Positions 51,202 through 59,718 of a stretch of 64,000 nt of DNA are shown here, in pieces. The notes beneath the pieces were generated by a model that was not told the origin of the DNA, did no database searches, and saw nothing but the letters and a program-made list of their open reading frames with translations. Each line of letters begins with the position of its first letter. Positions within the stretch are counted from its first letter, which is position 1. The stretch is from IMG/VR virus record IMGVR_UViG_3300025648_000015, positions 52,146 through 116,145 of that record. One strand, given 5' to 3'. The DNA comes from a virus. A program made the translations under genes and the position numbers.

Positions 51202-51618
51202 TTATTCCTTTGTTGTAACTAAACTATTAAGATAAATAAATACCTCAAAAGGTACTGGCTCTAGTTCCCAATTCCATACAACATCGTCTTCGTTGTAGTT
51301 TTGCCAGTCAACTTTATCATAGTTAACTACCTTAATACCAACAGTTTGGTCAATGTGATTTACAACAACTAACTTCCATGTATCACCATGAAGAGAAAGT
51401 CCGATACCATATCCAGTATCAGACATTACATCATCTTTAATCATTTCACTGAAGATAATACGGTTAAGGTATTCGTCATCACTCCAACGACCCTTGCCAC
51501 GTACTATAGCGTCAGCTACAACGTTTTCTAGATGACTAGCTCCCCAATGGGTATATAGATAGATAGAATGCTCTGATCCATATGTACCAATAAGTTGTAC
51601 TTGTCCACGGTCTCCCAT
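51202..51618 (-). CDS. Conserved phage hypothetical protein (MGDR...YLYTHW.G family)
   Basis: MGDRG, IYLYTHWG, RW.D..YL.RII, TGYGI. Confidence 0.7.
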   Translation of the reverse strand: MGDRGQVQLIGTYGSEHSIYLYTHWGASHLENVVADAIVRGKGRWSDDEYLNRIIFSEMIKDDVMSDTGYGIGLSLHGDTWKLVVVNHIDQTVGIKVVNYDKVDWQNYNEDDVVWNWELEPVPFEVFIYLNSLVTTKE

Positions 51619-51672
51619 GATTACCTACTTTCTTACTTGTTTGTTTATTTGTTTAACGTCTCCCGACGTAGT

Positions 51673-51713
51673 GCCTTGAGTAGGAGTCGAACCTACTCTA
51701 CGACCATCAAGGC
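51673..51713 (-). ncRNA. Anticodon-less tRNA mimic TL1, followed by a GGGA hairpin (51656-51669)
   Basis: GCCTT-GATGGTCGTA-GAGTAGG-TTCGACT-CCTACTC-AAGGC. Confidence 0.8.
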
Positions 51714-51719
51714 TACCAT

Positions 51720-52103
51720 TTACCACCAACTATCGTAATATATTTCCATATCTTGTCCAATAGCTTTCATAGCATCATCAATAAACTTAAGGTCAATTTC
51801 TCTATCTTCTGGTAAACTTTCACCAAAGAAAAAACCTTGAGTTACTGGGAGTTTTTCATGTATTACAGCATGTCTTAAATTAACAAGGTCTTGAAATGTT
51901 ACTCGAACTGGTTGACAGTTAAAAACACCTTCTCCACCTTTACTTTCATATAACTTTTCCATCCAACCTTGAATGTTAGGATGTTTACGCCATTGAGCAA
52001 TTAAAAAGACTTTATCTTCAGATTGTTCATGAGTCCAAACATAACTTAAATCTGTATTGTTTGGATGAGGCATAACAGCATATGCATATTGGTCTAATCC
52101 CAT
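51720..52103 (-). CDS. Conserved phage protein (MGLD.Y...WRK.....W...Y.SWW family)
   Basis: MGLDQY, WRKHPNIQGW, FNC, LP.T.GFFFG, YYDSWW. Confidence 0.75.
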   Translation of the reverse strand: MGLDQYAYAVMPHPNNTDLSYVWTHEQSEDKVFLIAQWRKHPNIQGWMEKLYESKGGEGVFNCQPVRVTFQDLVNLRHAVIHEKLPVTQGFFFGESLPEDREIDLKFIDDAMKAIGQDMEIYYDSWW

Positions 52104-52153
52104 TATGTTTCCTTTCTTACTTATTTATTTACTTGTTTGTGTCTCCCGACAGC

Positions 52154-52194
52154 ACCCCAAGATAGAATCGAACTATCTTACAACCATTTGGGGT
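52154..52194 (-). ncRNA. Anticodon-less tRNA mimic TL2, followed by a GGGA hairpin (52140-52151)
   Basis: ACCCCA-AATGGTTGTA-AGATAG-TTCGATT-CTATCT-TGGGGT. Confidence 0.8.
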
Positions 52195-52202
52195 TACCTT
52201 AG

Positions 52203-52859
52203 TTAGCTAGGCCAACTAATAGGAATTTCTTTACCATTAATAACAATGATTTTAGGTGTTTCCATTGCTTTATCAACAGCTTCAGATACTTCTTTAATTG
52301 TTTCCATCATAATAGATGGCATTGCTGCTAAACGTTGTTTCACCTCAGCTTCAACTGCTTGTTGCATTTCTGCATCAGACATAGTTGGAGCTAAAAACTC
52401 TTCCATAATTGGATCTTCTTCAATAGCATCTTCTGTTGTTACTGCTGCAGAAGTTGTTGCAGAAGGAACAGAAGTTTTATTTATATAACTTCCGTTAATA
52501 ATATAATATGGATAAAGTAAGGATTTCTTACCAGGAGCACCTTCATTTAACGATATAGACAACATCTTAGTAAGGAATTCTTCACGACCAGCTTCTTTGC
52601 TTGTGTGTTTAGAATTCACATCTTTGATGTAATCTTCAATTACAGCTTTAGCTGCTTTGTGATCAGTAAAGTAGAATCTACCAATTACACGACGAGCACG
52701 AGCATCTTCTGAATTGTACCACGTACAACGTACAAATACTTCAGAATAATAATCTCCGTGTTCTTTGTGTACAGTAAATGCTAGGTCTACAACATCACGA
52801 GTACGGTTGGAAGTCCAACCAGCACCATTAGCTTTAGCTACCCAAGTCATTTCTGACAT
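52203..52859 (-). CDS. Hypothetical protein
   Basis: Long ORF with A-rich leader. Confidence 0.7.
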   Translation of the reverse strand: MSEMTWVAKANGAGWTSNRTRDVVDLAFTVHKEHGDYYSEVFVRCTWYNSEDARARRVIGRFYFTDHKAAKAVIEDYIKDVNSKHTSKEAGREEFLTKMLSISLNEGAPGKKSLLYPYYIINGSYINKTSVPSATTSAAVTTEDAIEEDPIMEEFLAPTMSDAEMQQAVEAEVKQRLAAMPSIMMETIKEVSEAVDKAMETPKIIVINGKEIPISWPS

Positions 52860-52886
52860 ATTATCTCACTTTCTTTTTCTTACTAT

Positions 52887-52946
52887 TGACCTATCTCATC
52901 AGTGCATGGAGGTCATCCCATACATACCCCTCCCGGGGTTATCGAC
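52887..52946 (-). ncRNA. Hammerhead ribozyme HH3 (type II, GAUAA insertion variant)
   Basis: GTC-GATAA-CCCC(GGGA)GGGG-TA^TGTATGG(GATGACCT)CCATGCA-CTGATGA-GAT; pseudoknot TGACCT/AGGTCA. Confidence 0.88.
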
Positions 52947-52949
52947 TAA

Positions 52950-53108
52950 TTAATCGATTGACTGCAATGGTACACCAAAATAGTCATTAAGACCTTCTTG
53001 TACACCACAAGGTGAACAAATATCAGTCTTGTTATCAACCCTAGACAAAGCAGGATATCCTGTCCAAGATTCTTTACAAAGTGGACATATAAATGTTTTT
53101 ACTGTCAT
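52950..53108 (-). CDS. Small Zn-finger protein (CPLC...PALSR.DN.T.IC..CG; 52 aa, not in track)
   Basis: Common phage motif; ATGA overlap. Confidence 0.7.
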   Translation of the reverse strand: MTVKTFICPLCKESWTGYPALSRVDNKTDICSPCGVQEGLNDYFGVPLQSID

Positions 53109-53305
53109 GATTTTTCTATCATCCCTTCAGGCATTTTACAATAGCCATTTTCTATTAAATCCATAGCCATACGACCATAGTGTCCTTGTAGTTTCCAAGC
53201 CATACCATTGTCAATTAACTCTTGAAAAAGTTGGATAATTTCATTACCATCAAGTTCATCTTGTTCATAACTTATTATTTTATTTGTTAAATCATTAATA
53301 ATCAT
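53105..53305 (-). CDS. Conserved phage protein (FQ.LID.G.AW.LQG.YGR.A family)
   Basis: Motif recognisable. Confidence 0.7.
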   Translation of the reverse strand: MIINDLTNKIISYEQDELDGNEIIQLFQELIDNGMAWKLQGHYGRMAMDLIENGYCKMPEGMIEKS

Positions 53306-53694
53306 TATTTATCTTCTTCAAGTTGCCAATTAAATTTATCATCTTGTACTTGATTTAATTCATCATACAATGATTGAGCCATTTTTGCATGTTCTTCAGG
53401 CGTAGAAGGTACTTGTGACCTAAAATCAACACCAAATACAACGCCTACGTTACTAGCAAATGTAATAAGGTTTTGTAAAACCTCAGTACCTGCTTTAACA
53501 GCTTGGTCAAATGTATGTTTGAAGTCATCTGACTCTACATAACTATTAAACTCTGAAGGAAGTTCACCAGTTACATATTGACGATAAGCTTCAATGGTTG
53601 TCTGAATTGTGATTTGCATTTTAATACACATCATCAAATTATCAACTTCATTTTTAATGAGTTGTAATTTTAATTCATCTGACATGTTGTCCAT
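53305..53694 (-). CDS. Hypothetical protein
   Basis: Leader follows HH4. Confidence 0.65.
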   Translation of the reverse strand: MDNMSDELKLQLIKNEVDNLMMCIKMQITIQTTIEAYRQYVTGELPSEFNSYVESDDFKHTFDQAVKAGTEVLQNLITFASNVGVVFGVDFRSQVPSTPEEHAKMAQSLYDELNQVQDDKFNWQLEEDK

Positions 53695-53723
53695 CTTACT
53701 CTCTTTCTTGTTTAACTATTATC

Positions 53724-53784
53724 TGACTTGTCTCATCAGTACCCAAGTTGTCATCTTAGGTATACCCCTCACGGGGTTATCGAC
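53724..53784 (-). ncRNA. Hammerhead ribozyme HH4 (type II, GAUAA insertion variant)
   Basis: GTC-GATAA-CCCC(GTGA)GGGG-TA^TACCTAAG(ATGACAA)CTTGGGTA-CTGATGA-GAC; pseudoknot TGAC/GTCA. Confidence 0.88.
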
Positions 53785-54182
53785 TAACGATAATGTCTAT
53801 ATATTTTTGTATCATAAGATTCATCAAAATCTGGTTGTTCAGGAGATGGTGCTCCTTGCCATTCAGATAAAGTCTTAAGAAACCATGTTTCTGCTGCTGC
53901 ATCATCTTTACCATAAAAAACATAGCATAATGTTAACACAGCATCAACTGCTTCTTTAGCTATCCAACTACTTGTAAACTCCCTGGTCAAAAGTATTTCT
54001 TTCTTTTTTGTACCAGGAATAGGACGCATTACTTGTAATATAGCATTATGATTCATAAGATTACTTTGTACGCCTGCTTTTAATGATAAATATAAATTAA
54101 CATTAGTTCTATAATAAACAGTAGTCTTACAATTCCATGATACTTCATCACGAGAACGACGCCAATTAACTTGTCTTGACAT
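53784..54182 (-). CDS. Hypothetical protein
   Basis: Its TAG stop overlaps the first base of HH4. Confidence 0.65.
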   Translation of the reverse strand: MSRQVNWRRSRDEVSWNCKTTVYYRTNVNLYLSLKAGVQSNLMNHNAILQVMRPIPGTKKKEILLTREFTSSWIAKEAVDAVLTLCYVFYGKDDAAAETWFLKTLSEWQGAPSPEQPDFDESYDTKIYRHYR

Positions 54183-54430
54183 GTTCTTCCTTTATTTTAA
54201 TTATAACCAATTGCTAAAATCTTTTAATAATTGATGTATTTCTCCAGTTGTATAACCATCTTCAATGTTATTAACTTCTTCACCGTTAACGTTATATATA
54301 CCTGAATCTAAATTCCCTGCTAGTTTCTTTAATAAATCAAGAAACAATTCTTGAAATTTAGGAAGTTGGTCTGGAGTATCGAATGATATTTCGATCTTCA
54401 TCTTGTTTCCTTGTTGCTCACCGCTTACTC

Positions 54431-54772
54431 TCATAATTCCTCCTCATGGTTATTACTGCATTCACAATCTGATGCGTGAAAAGATTTATCACTAAATTCT
54501 TCTCCAAATAAATACTTAGCATGCTTTTGAATAATCTTAAGAAGAGTTGCCATGTTAATGTTTACAATCTCTGATATGCTTTTGATTGATTCACCAACAA
54601 TTGGTATTTTATCTTCATCAACTTCATGCCAATGCTCAACCGCACCATGTAACCACATAGTAGGTTCACCCATATCCATGAATAGTGTCTTAATTTCACC
54701 TATCATATTACCATAGTTGATTCTGTCACTAGTTTCATGGTCTAAGGCAGCAGTGAATTGCTGTTCATCCAT
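54431..54772 (-). CDS. Hypothetical protein
   Basis: SD AAGGAG. Confidence 0.65.
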   Translation of the reverse strand: MDEQQFTAALDHETSDRINYGNMIGEIKTLFMDMGEPTMWLHGAVEHWHEVDEDKIPIVGESIKSISEIVNINMATLLKIIQKHAKYLFGEEFSDKSFHASDCECSNNHEEEL

Positions 54773-54799
54773 AATTACTCCTTACTTGTTTTGTTTGTT

Positions 54800-55320
54800 T
54801 AAGTGGGCATTTTAACGTCATACCCAGGACGGAGAGTTACAAAAGCTCACTCACAAGGCTAGTGGTTACCTTCACACCACTCAGGTCGTTGGCTCACCTA
54901 TACCACCAACAGGTCGCTAATTAAGGTTTAGACTGACCTCCATGAGCTTCCCCTCATGATGAGTATGTAGTACGATACAAGCGTGTGGGTGCGTTTGAGT
55001 CTGCACCACAATTAGACTCGGTCCCATATAACCGATAAAAGTTATATGGGATTGCCACGTTTTTTGGGTCAGTGACCTAGACCTCATAGTGTGTTGTTAA
55101 GGATGTTACTTCCTACCTAAGCTTCCCCTTTAGGCTGGGTTTGTGAATACAAGACTTGCAACTAGGCACTCTGGATTAATACAACATCCAATCTGGCGGG
55201 TTGACATAGCTGGCATCACAGATCAATAAAGCCCCCTGGCCTATCCAGAAGGGCTATGGAGATGCAACAACAAGAAGGAAAAGCACTCTCCATAACCCAT
55301 CTCAATAGGCTATGTAGAGA
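54800..55320 (-). ncRNA. Large structured ncRNA candidate (tandem pseudoknots, anti-SD loop)
   Basis: ~550-bp ORF-free gap dense in hairpins and loop-to-downstream pairings. Confidence 0.6.
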
Positions 55321-55344
55321 CTTCATTCTTGTTAATAATTGATA

Positions 55345-55643
55345 TTAAAGAATCTCTTCTGCCGAGGCAATAATCTTCTTTAATTCACTTGGAAAATATA
55401 CTCCGTTATTCTCAAGAGATATTTGAAGCTCTTTAAGAATATCAACAAAATTACGAATCATCTCAATTAAGAGATTACGTTGCATTTCCAGTGATTCAGC
55501 CTTTTCATTGTAAAGGCCAACCAATTTATTAACCTTACCAAAAGTCTCAACTAGTTTCAATGCACGATTGCGCATTGCTTCAAGGTCTTCACTTTCAGTA
55601 AACTTGTCACGAATATTCTGCAACTGTTCTTCTGTTACTATCA
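55345..55643 (-). CDS. Hypothetical coiled-coil protein
   Basis: Probable start MIVTEE after the CAAGTAAGAAAG leader (start coordinate approximate). Confidence 0.6.
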
Positions 55644-55711
55644 TTTTATTTACTTTCTTACTTGTAGCCACACTTAATGGTAGTGACCTTCACCATGGGT
55701 AAAACAATTTA

Positions 55712-56086
55712 CTATTCACTATCTTTTGGCATGTAATGATCTTGATGGCCACAACGACCTTCGTTTTCATCACATAAAGGGTGGTGTTGATCATGAAGCA
55801 TGAATGGTGCACCAAGAACTTTAACAGCTTCTTTTTGCATTTCTTCATAAAACTCATTTAACTGATTAATTGCAAGCCCAAGCCCAAGTGGGAATACTTT
55901 TGTAATAAGATTTAAGTCATCTTCTGACCTATCCTCATCTAATAGCATTGCTGCAATTTTAGTAAATGGTTCCATGATTGTACCCATCTCAACGCCCCAA
56001 TCTTTAATACGATTGAGGTAATCAGCATGAGCAATACGTGCCTCTGCTGCTTCGTCAAGTGTTAGGTCGAGATCAAACTCTTCCAT
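55712..56086 (-). CDS. Hypothetical protein
   Basis: SD AAGGAG. Confidence 0.65.
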   Translation of the reverse strand: MEEFDLDLTLDEAAEARIAHADYLNRIKDWGVEMGTIMEPFTKIAAMLLDEDRSEDDLNLITKVFPLGLGLAINQLNEFYEEMQKEAVKVLGAPFMLHDQHHPLCDENEGRCGHQDHYMPKDSE

Positions 56087-56150
56087 ATTACTCCTTTTAT
56101 TGCTTACTTACAGGACCAATTACGGCCCACTGCATACCAAATAGTATGCA

Positions 56151-56216
56151 TGGCACCTGAGGGTCGCTTGATAGACCCCCAGGTCTCTGAGTTTATATAA
56201 CGTTACTCAGGGAACG
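56151..56216 (-). ncRNA. H-type pseudoknot followed by an 11-bp minihelix ending in GCCA
   Basis: CGTT(CCCTGAGT)AACG-TTATATAA-ACTCAG; ACCTGGGGGTC(TATCAAGC)GACCCTCAGGT-GCCA. Confidence 0.6.
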
Positions 56217-56221
56217 CGTGA

Positions 56222-57718
56222 TTAAGACTTGCCAAGCAAAGCAGAACGAATAGGACCGGCAGGCTTATTAATAAGCTTACCTTTCTTAAACATTGATACT
56301 GCTTCTTCAACACTAGGAATCATAATGATCTTGTGTTTCTTGACGAGTTTAGCACACTGAATGATTATTTGATCATTCTGTCCACTACCCATAGATGTAA
56401 CTTGGCCGTCACTGACCCAGACAATGTCTTCGCCATGCTTACGACGACGAATTGCCCACGTCAATGCAGTACCGTCAACACCATTGTTCATACCACCGAT
56501 GTCACCGGTGTCTCGAACACGCCAACCACGATCAGCGAGTAGCCAAGCGTTGGGGCTGTCGCCACCACAATCACTATATGCCATAATGACTGCGGCAGGA
56601 GCTGCCTCAACAATCTCTTCGATGTCTGACTGTTTCAAATTCATAGAACCTGATATGTCAATAACAACGATGCCACCCTTAACTTTGATTTTCTGTCCAA
56701 AGATCCTACGTTCTGGATCTGTAAGCAGACGTGATGGGTAAGAGACACGACGACCTGATTGCATACCACGCTTTTTACGGCGCATATAACCTTTAACCTC
56801 AACGGTTAGTGGCTTGTCATCAGCCCAGACTAACTTACCAAATTCGCCATTGTCATAGTCAAATTCGAAATCATCTGGCATATCATCAGTGTTGAGTGTA
56901 ACAGGTTGATCACCAAGTGTATTCTTGTCAGGATCAAACTTATCAGGATCACCATAGTTAGCTGCACGCTGCTCTTCTTTCTTGCTGTGTATATCCTTAA
57001 TGTCTTTAGGGGCTTTGTACCCAGAAGACACATAGTCAGCAATATCAGAAGCAGCATACAGAGTGTGACGAAAACCAGTTGGGATATTAAAATTACTGTT
57101 AAACCTTACTGGAATGGTATCACCTAACTCAGATGCTGTGCCATTGAAATTGGTTTTCATTGACTTATTGAGTTGACGCAGTCGTTGACTCCATTCAGGT
57201 CTAACGGAACGAATTCCGCTAGCAAAAGAGTCGAAACTCTTAGTGCTATGATTCTGAACAGTGAATTGAACTGCTGCATCCCAAGATCGCATATCACCAG
57301 CTGTAGCCAACCGCTTACCAAAAGTCTTTTCAGCTCCGGTAGGCTCGTGATCCAACTGCTTGACTTTAGCAAACTGTTCTGTAATCGCATTGATGCGAGC
57401 TTGCTCAGCAACACGTAATACATCGGCTGTAATACCGTTGTTATTGTATGCTTTAGCAATACCAGAATAGATTGATGAGTCAAGAGGAGTAACACGAGCT
57501 TCGATAAGCTTCTCAAGCTGTAGACGCTGTGAATGGCTATCCCCCGAAAGAGGAATAGCCATTATACCAGCAATGAAGTCTACTTTAGCTCCGAAGTCAC
57601 CGACAGTTGGAACAATTTCCCAATTGATTGGATCCTTAACATCCTCACGGAATGAAGTAATAACGTTTGGTAACGGCATTACTTCATCTTCAAGGTAGCT
57701 TGGAGTCACTTCACTCAT
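56222..57718 (-). CDS. vWA-domain protein (MoxR partner)
   Basis: MIDAS VVIDISGSM, SDG; adjacent to the AAA+ gene. Confidence 0.8.
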   Translation of the reverse strand: MSEVTPSYLEDEVMPLPNVITSFREDVKDPINWEIVPTVGDFGAKVDFIAGIMAIPLSGDSHSQRLQLEKLIEARVTPLDSSIYSGIAKAYNNNGITADVLRVAEQARINAITEQFAKVKQLDHEPTGAEKTFGKRLATAGDMRSWDAAVQFTVQNHSTKSFDSFASGIRSVRPEWSQRLRQLNKSMKTNFNGTASELGDTIPVRFNSNFNIPTGFRHTLYAASDIADYVSSGYKAPKDIKDIHSKKEEQRAANYGDPDKFDPDKNTLGDQPVTLNTDDMPDDFEFDYDNGEFGKLVWADDKPLTVEVKGYMRRKKRGMQSGRRVSYPSRLLTDPERRIFGQKIKVKGGIVVIDISGSMNLKQSDIEEIVEAAPAAVIMAYSDCGGDSPNAWLLADRGWRVRDTGDIGGMNNGVDGTALTWAIRRRKHGEDIVWVSDGQVTSMGSGQNDQIIIQCAKLVKKHKIIMIPSVEEAVSMFKKGKLINKPAGPIRSALLGKS

Positions 57719-58476
57719 GATAGTGTGAACTCAGGAGTGAGTGTACCAATCTTGAGAGCATCGATGATTGGATCAGCCATTTTGCCGAACACCATACGAG
57801 CTGCACGCTCTACGCCAAAGCCAGGAGCAGAACGAAGCTGCTCGAAAGCCTTGAATGAACGTAGAGAAGCACGTTGGCCAGGTCGGCCTGCAACAATAAC
57901 TGCTGCAAGCTGACGCAATTCCACAGGCAATGCTGCGATCAAAGCTGCTGGATGAGCAGCATCAATCTTGATTGCAATTGGGAATCTGTCCTTAAGTGCA
58001 GTTGGCAACTCGTCCATGTCTTCCAAGTTAGTGGTCATCACAGCCGAGAACCCTGGATTTGGAGTAAACAACTCTCCAGTGTAGGGGTGCTTGAATGATG
58101 ATGATTCAACACTGTCTAGGAATGCAAGCAAAGTTGACTGTACGTCACCACCAGCTTTGTCGATCTCGTCAACAACGAGTCGAGCACCAGTAGTACCATT
58201 GCCGATCCAGGAGCGTAATGCAGCACCTGGGACAAAGGTGAATCCACCAACCTCGTTAGGCATAACTGAACCTGATACGTCAGCATTTGTCATATCCTCT
58301 GAGCAGATAAGACGCTCGGAGCCAGCTTCATTGATGCCGAAGTTGAGGCCAGAGTATGTCTTACCAGTGCCTGGAGGGCCGTAAAGGATGACACGGTCTA
58401 CACCGGCCGCCAGCACGTCCTCCAAGTCCTTGTAGCATTGAGGGACAGGGATGCCTTGGTATGTTGCTTCACTCAT
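57715..58476 (-). CDS. MoxR/CbbQ-type AAA+ ATPase
   Basis: GPPGTGKT, LVVDEID, TTN, L..ALKDRF, S.R. Confidence 0.88.
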   Translation of the reverse strand: MSEATYQGIPVPQCYKDLEDVLAAGVDRVILYGPPGTGKTYSGLNFGINEAGSERLICSEDMTNADVSGSVMPNEVGGFTFVPGAALRSWIGNGTTGARLVVDEIDKAGGDVQSTLLAFLDSVESSSFKHPYTGELFTPNPGFSAVMTTNLEDMDELPTALKDRFPIAIKIDAAHPAALIAALPVELRQLAAVIVAGRPGQRASLRSFKAFEQLRSAPGFGVERAARMVFGKMADPIIDALKIGTLTPEFTLS

Positions 58477-58555
58477 GATTTACTTACTTTCTTCTTGTTT
58501 ATTTTAGTTTGTAGTGCTTCCTTAGCACCAGGGCAGTCACTTATGTGACTCCGGC

Positions 58556-58599
58556 ACTGCAGGTGGGAATCGAACCCACAACATCCTCCATGCTGCAGT
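58556..58599 (-). ncRNA. Anticodon-less tRNA mimic TL3
   Basis: ACTGCAG-CAT(GGAGG)ATG-TT-GTGGG-TTCGATT-CCCAC-CTGCAGT-GCC. Confidence 0.8.
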
Positions 58600-58621
58600 C
58601 CCCCTTATTTAGGGAAATATA

Positions 58622-59095
58622 CTACTTTATTGCATGTACAGTCATTTTGCCATTGTGACGGTCAAAGTTAACTTTAACTTTCTTGTAACCCTTGACTCGT
58701 GCCTCTTTACGCAATTTAGTTTCAATTGCTTGAGCATTCATCTGATGGATAGGCAAGATAGCAGCTAATTCCTTATAACCAATAACATGACTATTTCCAT
58801 CAAGGATTTCGTCAAGCCACCAATTCAATTCAGACCATTTAATTATTACTGATGGTTTTGTATAAGGACGACGCAATGATTTGCTACGTGCATTCATTGA
58901 ATTAACCTTAGTTGGCGGTTTAGCTTTGGTAGCTACGGCTGCTGTTCCCTTACTTGCAGGTTTAACAGAACTATCAAATGATTCAATCAATTCGATAACC
59001 TGAATAACTTGACTTCGGGTAGCAGGACGCCCAAGAACTGTGTCAGTTAACTCTAACGCAGTCTTGATCACCTGGCTCATCTTACTGTTGGACAT
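58622..59095 (-). CDS. Basic hypothetical protein
   Basis: SD AGGAGG. Confidence 0.7.
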   Translation of the reverse strand: MSNSKMSQVIKTALELTDTVLGRPATRSQVIQVIELIESFDSSVKPASKGTAAVATKAKPPTKVNSMNARSKSLRRPYTKPSVIIKWSELNWWLDEILDGNSHVIGYKELAAILPIHQMNAQAIETKLRKEARVKGYKKVKVNFDRHNGKMTVHAIK

Positions 59096-59142
59096 TATGT
59101 CCTCCTTCTTTGTTTGTTGTTTTTGTTGTGCCTCCCGGCAGC

Positions 59143-59183
59143 ACCCCAGGCAAGAGTCGAACTTACCTTACGACCATCGGGGA
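59143..59183 (-). ncRNA. Anticodon-less tRNA mimic TL4, followed by a GGGA hairpin
   Basis: TCCCC-GATGGTCGTA-AGGTAAG-TTCGACT-CTTGCCT-GGGGT-GC-TGCC(GGGA)GGCA. Confidence 0.8.
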
Positions 59184-59190
59184 TACCGTA

Positions 59191-59718
59191 TTACTTACAT
59201 ATCTTCAAATCTGGACCCCATTCGGGAACCAAACTGTGATTACGTTGGTAATACCAGACAGCCACAAGTGATTGTTGATCACCAGTTGCTGCCTGTGGTG
59301 TAGCAGGCAATCCATGTATGTACCCTCTAGCATAATTCCATATGGATGGAATAAACTGATACCAACCAGCCGCCTTAGTGTGTATCTCAACACTAGTTAA
59401 GTGGTTTCTAGACTCATGGTATCGAATACAGGCAAACTGTGCTTGTATATGGATAGGCAATTGTCTTGTTGGATCAGTTGCAGAAGGCCATGCGGCTGTT
59501 ACATCTGTGGACATTGTATTCCATTGCATCAGAGCAGGAACCTCGTGCTTAACCACAATTGGCATGGTTTTCTCATACCAGTGCAGATTAGCCTTAGTTA
59601 CTGTCTGAACCTGATGTGGAAGCGCGGGCGGGCGTGCAGCAAATACTTGCCCCGAAATTCCTAAACTTCCCATCAATAGCAATGAAGTACATATACACAG
59701 CTTACGCAGTGTTTCCAT
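59191..59718 (-). CDS. Secreted lysozyme-like transglycosylase (Rpf/SceD-like)
   Basis: Signal peptide; CIR.HES......A.G.YQF..S.W......P..A....Q...A. Confidence 0.8.
   Translation of the reverse strand: METLRKLCICTSLLLMGSLGISGQVFAARPPALPHQVQTVTKANLHWYEKTMPIVVKHEVPALMQWNTMSTDVTAAWPSATDPTRQLPIHIQAQFACIRYHESRNHLTSVEIHTKAAGWYQFIPSIWNYARGYIHGLPATPQAATGDQQSLVAVWYYQRNHSLVPEWGPDLKICK

Noticed and set aside
54800-55320. tmRNA or RNase P RNA
   Set aside because: No tRNA-like ends with T-loop and CCA, no clear tag ORF, and no RNase P P4 signature.
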